Assembly (NCBI GenBank): GCA_964628585.1
Contig: CAZVMH010000003.1
Coordinates: 28,470-92,469 of the forward strand
Source: an uncultured Candidatus Saccharibacteria bacterium
Lineage (GTDB): Bacteria > Patescibacteriota > UBA1384 > XYA2-FULL-43-10 > 1-14-0-10-43-13
DNA length: 64,000 bases
Reading direction: 5' to 3'
Positions 19,001 through 28,624 of this stretch are shown here, piece by piece. Position 1 is the stretch's first letter. Each line of letters starts with the position of its first letter. A program made the translations under genes and the position numbers. The notes below the pieces were generated by a model that was not told the origin of the DNA, searched no databases, and was given only the letters and a program-made list of their open reading frames with translations.

Positions 19001-20407
19001 TTACGATTTCTTATCTATTTTTTGATCTTCAATCGGTCGCATGTAGGGGAAAAATAAAATTTCACGTAGAGTTATCGAATTAGTAAGGACCTTAGTTAAG
19101 CGATCAATGCCCATTCCCCAACCAGCTGTTGGTGGCATGCCATATTCAATTGCTTTCAAGAAATCCTCATCTAGAATTTGGGCTTCTTCATCACCTTTTT
19201 CTCGCAGTTCCATTTGATCTTCAAATCTTTTTCTCTGATCCATTGGATCGTTTAATTCGGAGAAGGCCTTCAATAACTCAATTCCGCCAATAACTAATTG
19301 GAAGGTATCTACTATTTTATCATTATCTTTGTTCTTTTTTGCAAGAGGAATAAGCTCTGTCGGATGATTTGTTACAAAAGTTGGCTGAATTAATTTTTTA
19401 ACCCCCTCTTTAAAAGCTCCGTCTGTATTTTCACCATTAGTTAGTTTGTCGAAAGTAATGCGCTCAAATTTTTTAGAAAAATCGATAGTCTGTCCGCCAA
19501 TTTCAATTTCAAGTTTCCTATTATTAATTGCCGAAACAATTTTTCTAAGCATTTCTTCGGTAAAATCCATCAACTTTTCATAATCTGCATAAGCCCAATA
19601 AAATTCTAAATTTGTAAACTCGGGATTGTGAGAAGCGTCTACGCCCTCGTTTCTGAAACATTTGGCAAATTCAAAAACTTTTTCAAATCCACCCACAATT
19701 AATCTTTTTAAATATAGTTCTGGTGCAATTCTAAGAAAGACATCTCTGTCATAGGCATTATAGTGTGTTTGAAAGGGCTTAGCCGTTGCGCCACCAGCAA
19801 TCGATTGTAAAATTGGAGTTTCAACTTCCAAAAAGCCATTTTCTAGTAAAAAGTCTCTAGTTGTCTGAACAATTTTTGAGCGAATATAAAATTTTTCCTT
19901 AACTTCATCATTAACGAGCAAATCAACGTATCTTTCACGGAATCTTGTTTCCTGATCCTTAAGACCTCCGTGTTTCTCTGGCATTGGTCTTAAAGTCTTG
20001 GTTAAAATTTTAAGCGATTTTGATTCGATTGATATCTCGCCAGCATTAGTAGCAAAAACTGGACCAAACACCTCGATAAAATCACCCAAATCAAGCAAAT
20101 AAACCAATTTATTTTCTTCTTCATTGAGGTTATCGGCCTTTAAAACAGCTTGAACTTTACCAGATTCATCTTTAATATCAACAAAGCAAAGTTTTCCGTG
20201 CCCTCTAATTGCGATGACTCGACCGGCAATGGTTTGCTCTTTTTTGCTTTTGATCAGTTCATCGCTTTGATCTAAAACTTTCTGACAAGAAATACTTCTA
20301 CTTGACGAAGAAGGGTATGGGTCAACGCCCATCTCTTTAATTTTCTGCAATTTTATTTTTCGGGTGGAAATTAGATCTTTTTCGGTTGCACCAAGCTTGT
20401 CGTTCAT
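19001..20407 (-). CDS. lysS: Lysyl-tRNA synthetase, class II
   Basis: 468 aa. N-terminal OB anticodon-binding domain, class II motifs (FRNEG, GGIELLKAFSELNDP, GMGIDRL). Confidence 0.9.
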   Translation of the reverse strand: MNDKLGATEKDLISTRKIKLQKIKEMGVDPYPSSSSRSISCQKVLDQSDELIKSKKEQTIAGRVIAIRGHGKLCFVDIKDESGKVQAVLKADNLNEEENKLVYLLDLGDFIEVFGPVFATNAGEISIESKSLKILTKTLRPMPEKHGGLKDQETRFRERYVDLLVNDEVKEKFYIRSKIVQTTRDFLLENGFLEVETPILQSIAGGATAKPFQTHYNAYDRDVFLRIAPELYLKRLIVGGFEKVFEFAKCFRNEGVDASHNPEFTNLEFYWAYADYEKLMDFTEEMLRKIVSAINNRKLEIEIGGQTIDFSKKFERITFDKLTNGENTDGAFKEGVKKLIQPTFVTNHPTELIPLAKKNKDNDKIVDTFQLVIGGIELLKAFSELNDPMDQRKRFEDQMELREKGDEEAQILDEDFLKAIEYGMPPTAGWGMGIDRLTKVLTNSITLREILFFPYMRPIEDQKIDKKS

Positions 20408-20484
20408 AGTTTCTTCTCATATTAATTCTTTCACACTCAATATAGCACACTACAATGCGCCGTTAAAGAGAAAAATGAAATAAA

Positions 20485-20940
20485 CTAGGATATATTTAGA
20501 ATTTTATATTTACTTTCACCAGCCGGCGTGTTTACTTCCACTAGATCACCTTTTTTATGACCAACTAATGCTGTACCAATAGGAGAATCGATCGAAATTC
20601 TACCGTTGACAGGATCTGATTCATCAGAACCAACAATTTCAAAGATTATCTTTTCGCCATTATTTTCCACTTCAACTTGGCAACCCGCTTCTACTATTTC
20701 CTTACATGAATTCTTGTCGATGATTTGGGCATTTTTGATCTTCTTCTCTATCTCTAAAACCTTACCATACAAAAAGGCCTGCTCGTTTTTGGCCTCATGA
20801 TATTCAGCATTTTCTGAAAGATCTCCCATGTCTTTGGCTTCTTTAATTCGAACAGCAACCTCTTTGAGTTTCGTTTCCTTGATCTCTCGAACCTCGCTTT
20901 TCAATTTTTCTAAACCTTCTGCAGTTAGAATATTACTCAT
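20485..20940 (-). CDS. greA: Transcription elongation factor GreA
   Basis: 151 aa. N-terminal coiled coil LTAEGLEKLKSEVREI...SENAEYHEAKNEQ and a C-terminal FKBP-like domain. Confidence 0.9.
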   Translation of the reverse strand: MSNILTAEGLEKLKSEVREIKETKLKEVAVRIKEAKDMGDLSENAEYHEAKNEQAFLYGKVLEIEKKIKNAQIIDKNSCKEIVEAGCQVEVENNGEKIIFEIVGSDESDPVNGRISIDSPIGTALVGHKKGDLVEVNTPAGESKYKILNIS

Positions 20941-21022
20941 AATGGCTCCAAAAAGCGCCCTTAAGTATTGTGTCTTCTACACATTATATATCAAAAATAG
21001 ATCTTTTTGCCAAGAGCAAAAA

Positions 21023-22957
21023 TCATTTACTAAAGTAATAATTTAATATCTCTTTAGCAATTGGGAGAGCAAATTCGTTTCCGCCACCACCACCTTCAAC
21101 CATCGTGAGCACCGCAATTTGTGGATTTTCATACGGAGCATAGCATTCGAACCAAGCATGGGTTTTTTGATTATCAAAAAATTGAGCTGTTCCAGTTTTT
21201 CCAGCCGATGAAACTGGTAGATCTAAAAGACTTCGAGCTGAACCTTGTGTTACAGCCATTCTCATTCCTTCTTGAACCGTTTTAACCACATCGGTACGAA
21301 CAATGTTTTCTCGAACAACTTGAGGACCAAACTCTTTTACAACGGTTCCGTCACTTCTACTGATCTTTTTAACAATTTGTGGCTGCAAAAGAGTCCCACC
21401 ATTGGCAACGGCTACTGTAGCGCGGAGCATTTGAATTGGCGTTACTAAAAGATCGCCCTGTCCGATTGAAGCATGGTAAGTGTCTCCAATATACCAGGGC
21501 TCCTTTTTGACTTTCTCTTTCCATTCTGGCGTCGGCAAAAGACCACTTGCCTCTCCGGTCAAATCGATACCGGTTTTTTCGCCCAATCCAAAGAGTTTCC
21601 AATATTTATTTATGTTATTTATACCAAGACCCTTAATTTTGTCGTAGCCTCCGCCAACTGAATAGAAAAAAACATTGTTTGATTCTGCAAGTGCCCTTTC
21701 AACATTTGTGCTTTCATAACTATGATCTTTCCAGTCTGGGAAAGTATAATCCCCTATTTGAATTGCAGCAGGTGTTACGAATGAAGTATTTTTGTTTATT
21801 GTGCCTGCAGCCAAACCAGCCGAAGCCAAAATAATTTTGCTTATTGAACCAGGTGGGTATGTGCCAGCAATTGCACGATTAAACATAGGATAAGTCGGAT
21901 TATTAATTAAATCTTGATATTTCTGATTAGATATTTGTCCAGAAAAAATATTATTATCAAAATCAGGAATTGAGACCATTGAAAGAACTCCTCCAGTTTT
22001 GACATCCATTACAATAGCTACGCCAGAATTGACTTCTTGCCCGCTCGCCGTTTTGGCACTCTCGATTCCTTTTTTTAAGGCTTCGGCTGTAACATTTTGT
22101 AAATTACGATCAAGATAAAGTGTTAAATCATTACCTGAAACGGGTTCTCTTCTACCGTCCTCTGCCAAAACCTGAATAATATTACCCTTAGAATCAACTT
22201 CAATTTGTTCGACCCCGTGTGTACCTTTCAAATATTTCTCATAAGTAGATTCCAATCCTACCTTACCACTACGATCTGTCATAAAATAATCAGTATTGTT
22301 TTTTATATCACTTTCCGAAACTTTCCCAACATACCCAAGAATATGAGCCAGTCCAGGTAATATTACATATTCTCGGTCTGATTTATTTATTATCGACACG
22401 CCAGCAACACCAAAAAGTTTCTTTTTAAGAATTAATGAGTCATCATGTGAAATATTTTCTAAAAGTGGAATATAGTCAAGTGAAAGCAGGCCATTTTTCT
22501 CTGATGCATCTTTAATGTCGGCTGGTTTCTGGTTAATGATAGTTCCGATTTGGTCATAAATCGCATCTCTTTCCGTTTTCTTTTTAGGTAAATCACAAGG
22601 ATAAAGTGCTAGGACATAGTTTGGTTTATTTCGTCCAAGCCAATTACCATCTCTGTCTAGAATGGCACCTCGCTGTGCCTCAATGACTCGAGGACGAATT
22701 CTATTTCCTTCGGCTAAACTACGATTTGATTCTCCTAAAATAACTTGAAGAAAGAAAAGTTTAGTTAAGATCAAACAAAAAATCAATACTACCAGTAACT
22801 TAAAACTAAAAAGAAACTGGGTGCTAGTTTTGCTTTCAACCTTTTTCATCCCTTCAAGAGTGACGTCTGAATAAGAAAAATCCTCCTCTTTTATACTTGT
22901 AGATGAAGAGGTTGATTTTTTAGTAATAATTTTTGAAAAATTCCCAAAAATATCCAT
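21023..22957 (-). CDS. mrdA: Penicillin-binding protein 2 / peptidoglycan D,D-transpeptidase (MrdA-like)
   Basis: 644 aa. TM anchor, dimerisation domain, transpeptidase motifs (SISK... SxxK, SNN-like, KTGTA). Positioned directly after mreD. Confidence 0.85.
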   Translation of the reverse strand: MDIFGNFSKIITKKSTSSSTSIKEEDFSYSDVTLEGMKKVESKTSTQFLFSFKLLVVLIFCLILTKLFFLQVILGESNRSLAEGNRIRPRVIEAQRGAILDRDGNWLGRNKPNYVLALYPCDLPKKKTERDAIYDQIGTIINQKPADIKDASEKNGLLSLDYIPLLENISHDDSLILKKKLFGVAGVSIINKSDREYVILPGLAHILGYVGKVSESDIKNNTDYFMTDRSGKVGLESTYEKYLKGTHGVEQIEVDSKGNIIQVLAEDGRREPVSGNDLTLYLDRNLQNVTAEALKKGIESAKTASGQEVNSGVAIVMDVKTGGVLSMVSIPDFDNNIFSGQISNQKYQDLINNPTYPMFNRAIAGTYPPGSISKIILASAGLAAGTINKNTSFVTPAAIQIGDYTFPDWKDHSYESTNVERALAESNNVFFYSVGGGYDKIKGLGINNINKYWKLFGLGEKTGIDLTGEASGLLPTPEWKEKVKKEPWYIGDTYHASIGQGDLLVTPIQMLRATVAVANGGTLLQPQIVKKISRSDGTVVKEFGPQVVRENIVRTDVVKTVQEGMRMAVTQGSARSLLDLPVSSAGKTGTAQFFDNQKTHAWFECYAPYENPQIAVLTMVEGGGGGNEFALPIAKEILNYYFSK

Positions 22958-23454
22958 TAAATTTTGATCTCTTTCTCAAGCGTTAGAATACTACGTAGTT
23001 TTAATATCGGTGCATATATTACAATGCCAAAGACTGAATTTATAATTACAAAATAACAAAGTGCCAAAACCGCCTCTACTCCCCATTGCTTTGTCGCTAT
23101 CATCAGAGAGAGATCAAAAAGAAACAATGATGGTACAAAATATGCAATAGAAAAGAATGCTGAAACATCCCTAAAATAATTCTTTCTCAAATAATGTATA
23201 AAAAAAGGTAAAATATAAAAAATAAATACTAAAACCAGAACTGGTACCGAAGAAAAAACTGAATAAAGTATAAAAGAAAAAGAGCTAAAAAGAATAAGAC
23301 TCTCCCACTTTTTATCTAAAGCAAAGATTACCACAACTATGAATGTCGTAATAATCGTAGCACCATAAACTGACAAATTACTAAAAAAGGTTACATCTAA
23401 AAGTGTAAGAAGTAAAGCCAAAAAACCAAAAATTATTACTCTAAACCAATTCAT
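22957..23454 (-). CDS. mreD: Rod shape-determining protein MreD
   Basis: 165 aa, polytopic membrane protein in the mreBCD position. No strong motif, so the assignment rests on synteny. Confidence 0.6.
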   Translation of the reverse strand: MNWFRVIIFGFLALLLTLLDVTFFSNLSVYGATIITTFIVVVIFALDKKWESLILFSSFSFILYSVFSSVPVLVLVFIFYILPFFIHYLRKNYFRDVSAFFSIAYFVPSLFLFDLSLMIATKQWGVEAVLALCYFVIINSVFGIVIYAPILKLRSILTLEKEIKI

Positions 23455-24230
23455 TGGATAATAAACACCATTTCTAATTTTGATAAATCTGCCAATGGTT
23501 CAACTGATATATTTTTAAATAGATCAGAAGTCGATGATTCAAGTGCCCCAGTCTTTCCAATTAAAATTCCTGGTTTGAGCTCTCCATCCAGACCAGAAGT
23601 AACGATGTTCTCATCTTTTTCATATTTAACATCTTGAGCAATATTTTGAAGCATCAAGCCTGAAATTCCACCCGAAAGTACTCCTTTAGCTCGACTATTT
23701 TGCAACATTGCTAAGATAAGAGAGTCCTTACTTGTAATTAATATCACTTCAGATTCGCTTTCGTAAACTTTGTTAACTTGTCCAACTAATACACCACTTG
23801 AAATTACTGCCATTCCCTTAATAATATTTGCATCATTCCCCTTATCAATAATAATATGATCCAAAAAACTAGTTGGTTCCCTTCCAATAACTCTTGCTGG
23901 TAGAAGCTTTAATTCAGCATTTGCAGAAGCAAAACCAAGTTCGTTTTTTAAAAGTTCATTTTCCTTCTCTAATTCGATAATTCTGCTCTTATCAACTTCA
24001 AGTTCAATTAATTTATCTGCCAACTTTCTATTTTCATTATTTAAATTTCTAATTTTCCCAAAGAAGGAAAACTTGTTTCCAATGCCTCTGCCTGTGTCTG
24101 AAAAAGAAGCCATTGTTTTACTAGATACTTTAATCAAAACATTTGAGACCACATTTTTTGTTAATGGGACACTTACAATTGTCACTACCAGAATGATTGC
24201 AATGATTGATAAAATAAAAATTTTTTTCAT
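23451..24230 (-). CDS. mreC: Rod shape-determining protein MreC
   Basis: 259 aa. N-terminal TM, coiled coil (NRKLADKLIELEVDKSRIIELEKENELLKNEL), C-terminal beta domain. Between mreB and mreD. Confidence 0.8.
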   Translation of the reverse strand: MKKIFILSIIAIILVVTIVSVPLTKNVVSNVLIKVSSKTMASFSDTGRGIGNKFSFFGKIRNLNNENRKLADKLIELEVDKSRIIELEKENELLKNELGFASANAELKLLPARVIGREPTSFLDHIIIDKGNDANIIKGMAVISSGVLVGQVNKVYESESEVILITSKDSLILAMLQNSRAKGVLSGGISGLMLQNIAQDVKYEKDENIVTSGLDGELKPGILIGKTGALESSTSDLFKNISVEPLADLSKLEMVFIIQ

Positions 24231-24232
24231 TT

Positions 24233-25285
24233 TTATCTACTAAATTCTTTTGGCAACAATACATCTGAAAGTAAATCTAAATCTTCAAGTACAATTCCCG
24301 TGCCACGTGCTACTGCTGTTAGAGGATCATCTGCAATATGAACCTGGGTACCAGTTTCCATTTCAATCCTTTTATCCAATCCACGCAATAACGCACCACC
24401 ACCAGCAATAATAATGCCTTTGTCCATAATATCGGCTAGAAGTTCTGGTAGAGTTTCCTCCATTGTTGCTTTCACACTTTCTAAAATCGCATCAAGTGAT
24501 TTTTTAAGAGCTTCTCTTATTTGAGTATCATTAACTATAATCTCTTTTGGCAATCCTGTCACTAAATCTCGACCACGCATAGGTGCTTCAAGTTTGTCTT
24601 TTTGTTCTACGGCTGAACCGATTGCAATTTTAATGTCCTCTGCAGTTCTCTCTCCGAGCAATAAATTAAATTTTTCTCGAGCATATGCAATAATATCATC
24701 GTTCATTTCATCACCAGCAATTCGAAGTGAACGAGAAGAAACAACCCCACCCATGGCCATTACCGCTACTTCTGTCGTCCCACCACCAATATCTATAATC
24801 ATATTGCCAGAAGCATCTTGTATCGGCAATCTCGCCCCAATAGCAGCCGCTATTGGTTCTTCAATAAGATATACTTCACGCGCACCAGCATTAATAGCTC
24901 CTTCTTCTACTGCTCGCCTTTCAACCTCAGTTACATTATGAGGAATCCCAATAACGACGCGAGGACGAGGAATAAATGTATATTTTTCTTTATGAACACG
25001 TTCAAAAAAGTATCGGAGCATTTGCTCTGTAATTTCAAAGTCAGAAATAACACCGTCAACTAGCGGACGAACGGCTACAATGTGAGCAGGAGTACGGCCG
25101 ACCATTCGTTTTGCTTCTTCGCCAATAGCCAGAATTTCTTTAGTACGCTTATTTATAGCCACAACAGAAGGCTCTTTAATCACAATACCTCGACCCCTGA
25201 CGTATATCAAAGTATTGGCCGTTCCGAGATCGATGCCAATATCATGTGAAAATTTGTTAAACAAAAAACCGAACGGATTTTTCAT
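24233..25285 (-). CDS. mreB: Rod shape-determining actin homologue MreB
   Basis: 350 aa. GIDLGTANTLIYV, DIGGGTTEVAV, IAGGGALLRGLD actin-fold motifs. Confidence 0.95.
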   Translation of the reverse strand: MKNPFGFLFNKFSHDIGIDLGTANTLIYVRGRGIVIKEPSVVAINKRTKEILAIGEEAKRMVGRTPAHIVAVRPLVDGVISDFEITEQMLRYFFERVHKEKYTFIPRPRVVIGIPHNVTEVERRAVEEGAINAGAREVYLIEEPIAAAIGARLPIQDASGNMIIDIGGGTTEVAVMAMGGVVSSRSLRIAGDEMNDDIIAYAREKFNLLLGERTAEDIKIAIGSAVEQKDKLEAPMRGRDLVTGLPKEIIVNDTQIREALKKSLDAILESVKATMEETLPELLADIMDKGIIIAGGGALLRGLDKRIEMETGTQVHIADDPLTAVARGTGIVLEDLDLLSDVLLPKEFSR

Positions 25286-25366
25286 AGTTTATCCTTAATG
25301 CCTAGTAACGCCACTTAACAATAATTGAAAAATATCGATCGGTCAAGGATCAGACTTAGATGTGCT

Positions 25367-26383
25367 CTACTTTAAATATTGGTTCACTTTTTTTTGATGT
25401 TCAATGAAGGTTTTACTCAAATAAATTTCGCCATCGTGCTGAAAAAAATATAAATAGTCATGGGCTGTAAAGTACTGCGTCGCTTTAATGCTTGCAATAC
25501 CAGGATTACAGATTGGGGCTGGTGGCAAAGCCGATATTCTATACGTATTGTAATTAGATATTACATTTTGATAGTCGACGCTCGTGATTGGAGACCAGAA
25601 CTTAAATTCTTTTTGAACAGCCAAGGAACTAGTATTAAAATTATTTGTATCTCTACCATATTGAACAGTTGGATCGGCCTCTAGCTTCATACCGAATTTT
25701 ACTCGATTTTTGTAAACGCCAGCAATAATTGGACGTTCCTCGTCTTTGACTGCTTCCCTTTCTACTATTGAAGCAATAATTATATCGTCTTTAGTTGGCG
25801 TAACCATTCCGTTGGTTCTGTCTTCATAGTTTTTTGTCATCTCTGTCACTATTTCATCTGCCGTATTATCAGGAGAAAAATAGTACGTATCTGGGAACAA
25901 AGACCCTTCTAGCTCAGTTGTTTTTGTCAAGAATTGATTGAGAGTTATGAGACCATTAGATTCTAATTTTTGGCCGATTTGCTCACGTCTGTAGCCCTCT
26001 GGGATGGTAATTTTGACTATCTTTGTCTTACCACTAGCAATTTGATCACAGATCTCCATTATGTTCATGTTGGACGATAGATCATAAACACCAGGTAACA
26101 ATGTAGTCTCTTTAAATCTTACATTGAGATAAAAAACCCAATCATAGCGAATTAATTCACGGCTTAAAAGATGTTGTCCGATTTGAAAGCCCGATTCACC
26201 CTCTTTAACCTCAAAAAGAACTTTCTTATCATTATTATTTAGAGGTGTTGCTAGGGCCCATTTCAGAAAAAACAGAAAGCCCGCAATGGCCAATATCAAG
26301 GCAATAAAAAAAAGGATCAAAATAGTTTGAATTGTTTTTTTGATAGACTTTTTCTCTTTGCCCTTAGTTTCGGTCTCGTTCAT
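25367..26383 (-). CDS. mltG: Endolytic murein transglycosylase MltG (YceG family)
   Basis: 338 aa. N-terminal TM and a YceG-like domain with a conserved C-terminal region. Confidence 0.8.
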   Translation of the reverse strand: MNETETKGKEKKSIKKTIQTILILFFIALILAIAGFLFFLKWALATPLNNNDKKVLFEVKEGESGFQIGQHLLSRELIRYDWVFYLNVRFKETTLLPGVYDLSSNMNIMEICDQIASGKTKIVKITIPEGYRREQIGQKLESNGLITLNQFLTKTTELEGSLFPDTYYFSPDNTADEIVTEMTKNYEDRTNGMVTPTKDDIIIASIVEREAVKDEERPIIAGVYKNRVKFGMKLEADPTVQYGRDTNNFNTSSLAVQKEFKFWSPITSVDYQNVISNYNTYRISALPPAPICNPGIASIKATQYFTAHDYLYFFQHDGEIYLSKTFIEHQKKVNQYLK

Positions 26384-26765
26384 TTATAAATTGCTCTAAT
26401 ATTAAAATTGCTGCCATCTCATCTATTTGATTTTTCTTAATGTCCTTAACTTTATTTTCAACCAATATCCTAGTCGCTTCAACGGATGTGAAGTTCTCTG
26501 GCTCGTAGTTTATTTTTAATTTTGATCTTTCTTCTAACTTCTTGCCGAAGTCTCGAATAGTTTTCTCCATTTCTCCTGTTCCAGAGTTTGTCGTTGGCAC
26601 TCCCATAACGATTTGTGATACCTCGTTGTCTTGGCAGATCTTAACGATTTGGTTAATAATCTCTTCGTGCGATGCCCTGCCATCAATAAAACCGGCGCCT
26701 TTGGGAAACTGCTCTCCCAGCGCCAGTCCTATTCTCTTCTTACCAAAATCTATACCCAACATCAT
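26364..26765 (-). CDS. ruvX: Putative pre-16S rRNA nuclease / Holliday junction resolvase-like YqgF (RuvX)
   Basis: 133 aa, MLGIDFGKKRIGLALGE N-terminus typical of YqgF/RuvX. Confidence 0.85.
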   Translation of the reverse strand: MMLGIDFGKKRIGLALGEQFPKGAGFIDGRASHEEIINQIVKICQDNEVSQIVMGVPTTNSGTGEMEKTIRDFGKKLEERSKLKINYEPENFTSVEATRILVENKVKDIKKNQIDEMAAILILEQFINERDRN

Positions 26766-26771
26766 ATTTTC

Positions 26772-28589
26772 TTACTCTGCATAATCAAACTTAATTGTAA
26801 TTCTATTCTTCAAAAATGGTACACGCAAAATTGGTGAAGGCCAAACATTAATTTCGGCGCTTTGAACACCTTCTTGAGAAGAAAGGTAACTTTTTGCTTC
26901 ACTGTATTTTTTATTTGAAAGTCCTTTTTTAAGAATGTTAGCATCCATCTTTTGGCCAGATCTACCAACTAAGGATGCTGTCATCTTCATTACACTTGCA
27001 CTTGTGTTTGAAACAAAAGTATAAGTTATTTCGGCCTTTTCTGGGTTAACTAACATTTTTCCCTCGCCAGCCACCTTTTCTGCTTCTGCAATTATCGTTG
27101 TTTTGGCATCCGCTTCAACAAAACTCAAGGCTGAAATTTTTAATTTTACACTATATTCAAAATTATCTGCCTCATCGCCAGCTTTCTTGGCCGTGCTTTC
27201 ACTCAAAATTTCACTGGCAGCGTTGTTAATAAAGATTTTTGCTTCTGCCTCTGTAGCTGCCGCCGAAAGCTCTTCTTTGGATGATTCAATCAAGCTCTTT
27301 GCCAATTCAGCCGAAGCACCCTTCAAGTCTGCATCGGTAATAACTTTGACACTCTTGGTTGTACCACCCGCCATAGCCGCATTTGATCTGCCATAAATCT
27401 TTCCCTGTTGGTTTAAAGGAAGTGAAGGAATCGAAAAACTAGTTGGAGTAAGATTATAAGTGTCTCCCGAATTCTCTGCCTCGACTGAGGCCTCAACGCT
27501 ACCAGCAATAAATTTAATTGGTGGGTTGGGGTCCAATTTGGCCCCGGGAACCGAAACGTCGGTAGTAAGAAGAAAGTTTTTTCCGCTCGAAGCAAATTTC
27601 GTTCCTTTACTTAAAGTTTCAGGCGTTGTGCTCCACTCGTTATATATTGTTATTTTACCAGTTGCTTTTGTGCCCACATCCTTTGAACCGGTTGCATTAT
27701 AAGTGTTTGAACCATCCTTCTCTATTGAAACTGTTTTTCCAGGAATAGTTAAAGTAGTTTGATCAACCGTTTTTAAATCGCTATCTACTATTAGTTCCTT
27801 ATCGAGTTTTACTTCCTCTGTCTTTAGGACTACAGTCGCCGTAGCATAAGGCACAAAAATATATGATATAGTCAGAATCAAAATTAAACATCCACCCATA
27901 ATTGCTAGTAATATTTTCCTTGTCTTGGCAATATTCTTTGGTTTTTGTTGTGCGTTTCTAAAAGCACCCTCTTGAGACGAACTTGACATACGATTTCCTC
28001 CTCCTTTTTTTTCTTCCGTTGGTTCTTGTCTTGGTTTTTCCGGTTCTGAAAATTTTGGTTTATAAGGTACTGGCTCTTTTGGCCGTGGTTTTTCCACTGG
28101 TTTTTCTTCTTCGGCAATTTCTACATCTTCATTATCAGATGCATCAGAGTCATCTATTATCTCACTCGATCCTGCCTCCTCCTCGAGCTCCTCTGCTTCT
28201 GTTGGATCCTCTTCTTCTGCTACTTCCTCGGCTTCTTTTTTGGCATAATAACTATTTATTCGAAAACCGCCCTTGCCCTCTTCTGAAATTGGAATACCAG
28301 CAAATTTGTCTTCTTTCGGGACAGCTTTTTCAGCCTCCGAAACTTTTGAAAAGACTGATAGTCCCACCTGTGAAGCTAAATTGCGACTGATTCTATCAGT
28401 GGTTACAAGCGAAAAATCAATACCAAGTTTGGCTGCACTTTTTTTAAGCAATTTTAGATTGACTATGCTTTGAGCCAAAGACCCGCCACGAGGTATAACA
28501 AAAGAAACCGACTTACCTTCGGCTTTTTTTAGCCGATCGATTACGGAGGTAATTTCTTCGTCTGCCTCAAGATAAAAAATCTCGTTCAT
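26772..28589 (-). CDS. Hypothetical bitopic protein. Cytoplasmic N-domain of about 75 aa, a highly acidic disordered linker, one TM, and an extracellular domain of about 360 aa.
   Basis: 605 aa. Acidic stretch EEEDPTEAEELEEEAGSSEIIDDSDASDNEDVEIAEEE, TM ILLAIMGGCLILILTISYIFV. Lies directly downstream of ftsA, where ftsZ is usually found. No recognisable motif. Confidence 0.5.
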   Translation of the reverse strand: MNEIFYLEADEEITSVIDRLKKAEGKSVSFVIPRGGSLAQSIVNLKLLKKSAAKLGIDFSLVTTDRISRNLASQVGLSVFSKVSEAEKAVPKEDKFAGIPISEEGKGGFRINSYYAKKEAEEVAEEEDPTEAEELEEEAGSSEIIDDSDASDNEDVEIAEEEKPVEKPRPKEPVPYKPKFSEPEKPRQEPTEEKKGGGNRMSSSSQEGAFRNAQQKPKNIAKTRKILLAIMGGCLILILTISYIFVPYATATVVLKTEEVKLDKELIVDSDLKTVDQTTLTIPGKTVSIEKDGSNTYNATGSKDVGTKATGKITIYNEWSTTPETLSKGTKFASSGKNFLLTTDVSVPGAKLDPNPPIKFIAGSVEASVEAENSGDTYNLTPTSFSIPSLPLNQQGKIYGRSNAAMAGGTTKSVKVITDADLKGASAELAKSLIESSKEELSAAATEAEAKIFINNAASEILSESTAKKAGDEADNFEYSVKLKISALSFVEADAKTTIIAEAEKVAGEGKMLVNPEKAEITYTFVSNTSASVMKMTASLVGRSGQKMDANILKKGLSNKKYSEAKSYLSSQEGVQSAEINVWPSPILRVPFLKNRITIKFDYAE

Positions 28590-28624
28590 ATTGCTATTAT
28601 ACCAAAAATATATCTAAAATTTCT

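Noticed and set aside
18535-19083. 182-aa plus-strand ORF antisense to serS/lysS
   Set aside because: Low-complexity S/F/L-rich translation, typical of an antisense frame of an AT-rich gene. It overlaps two confident synthetase genes.
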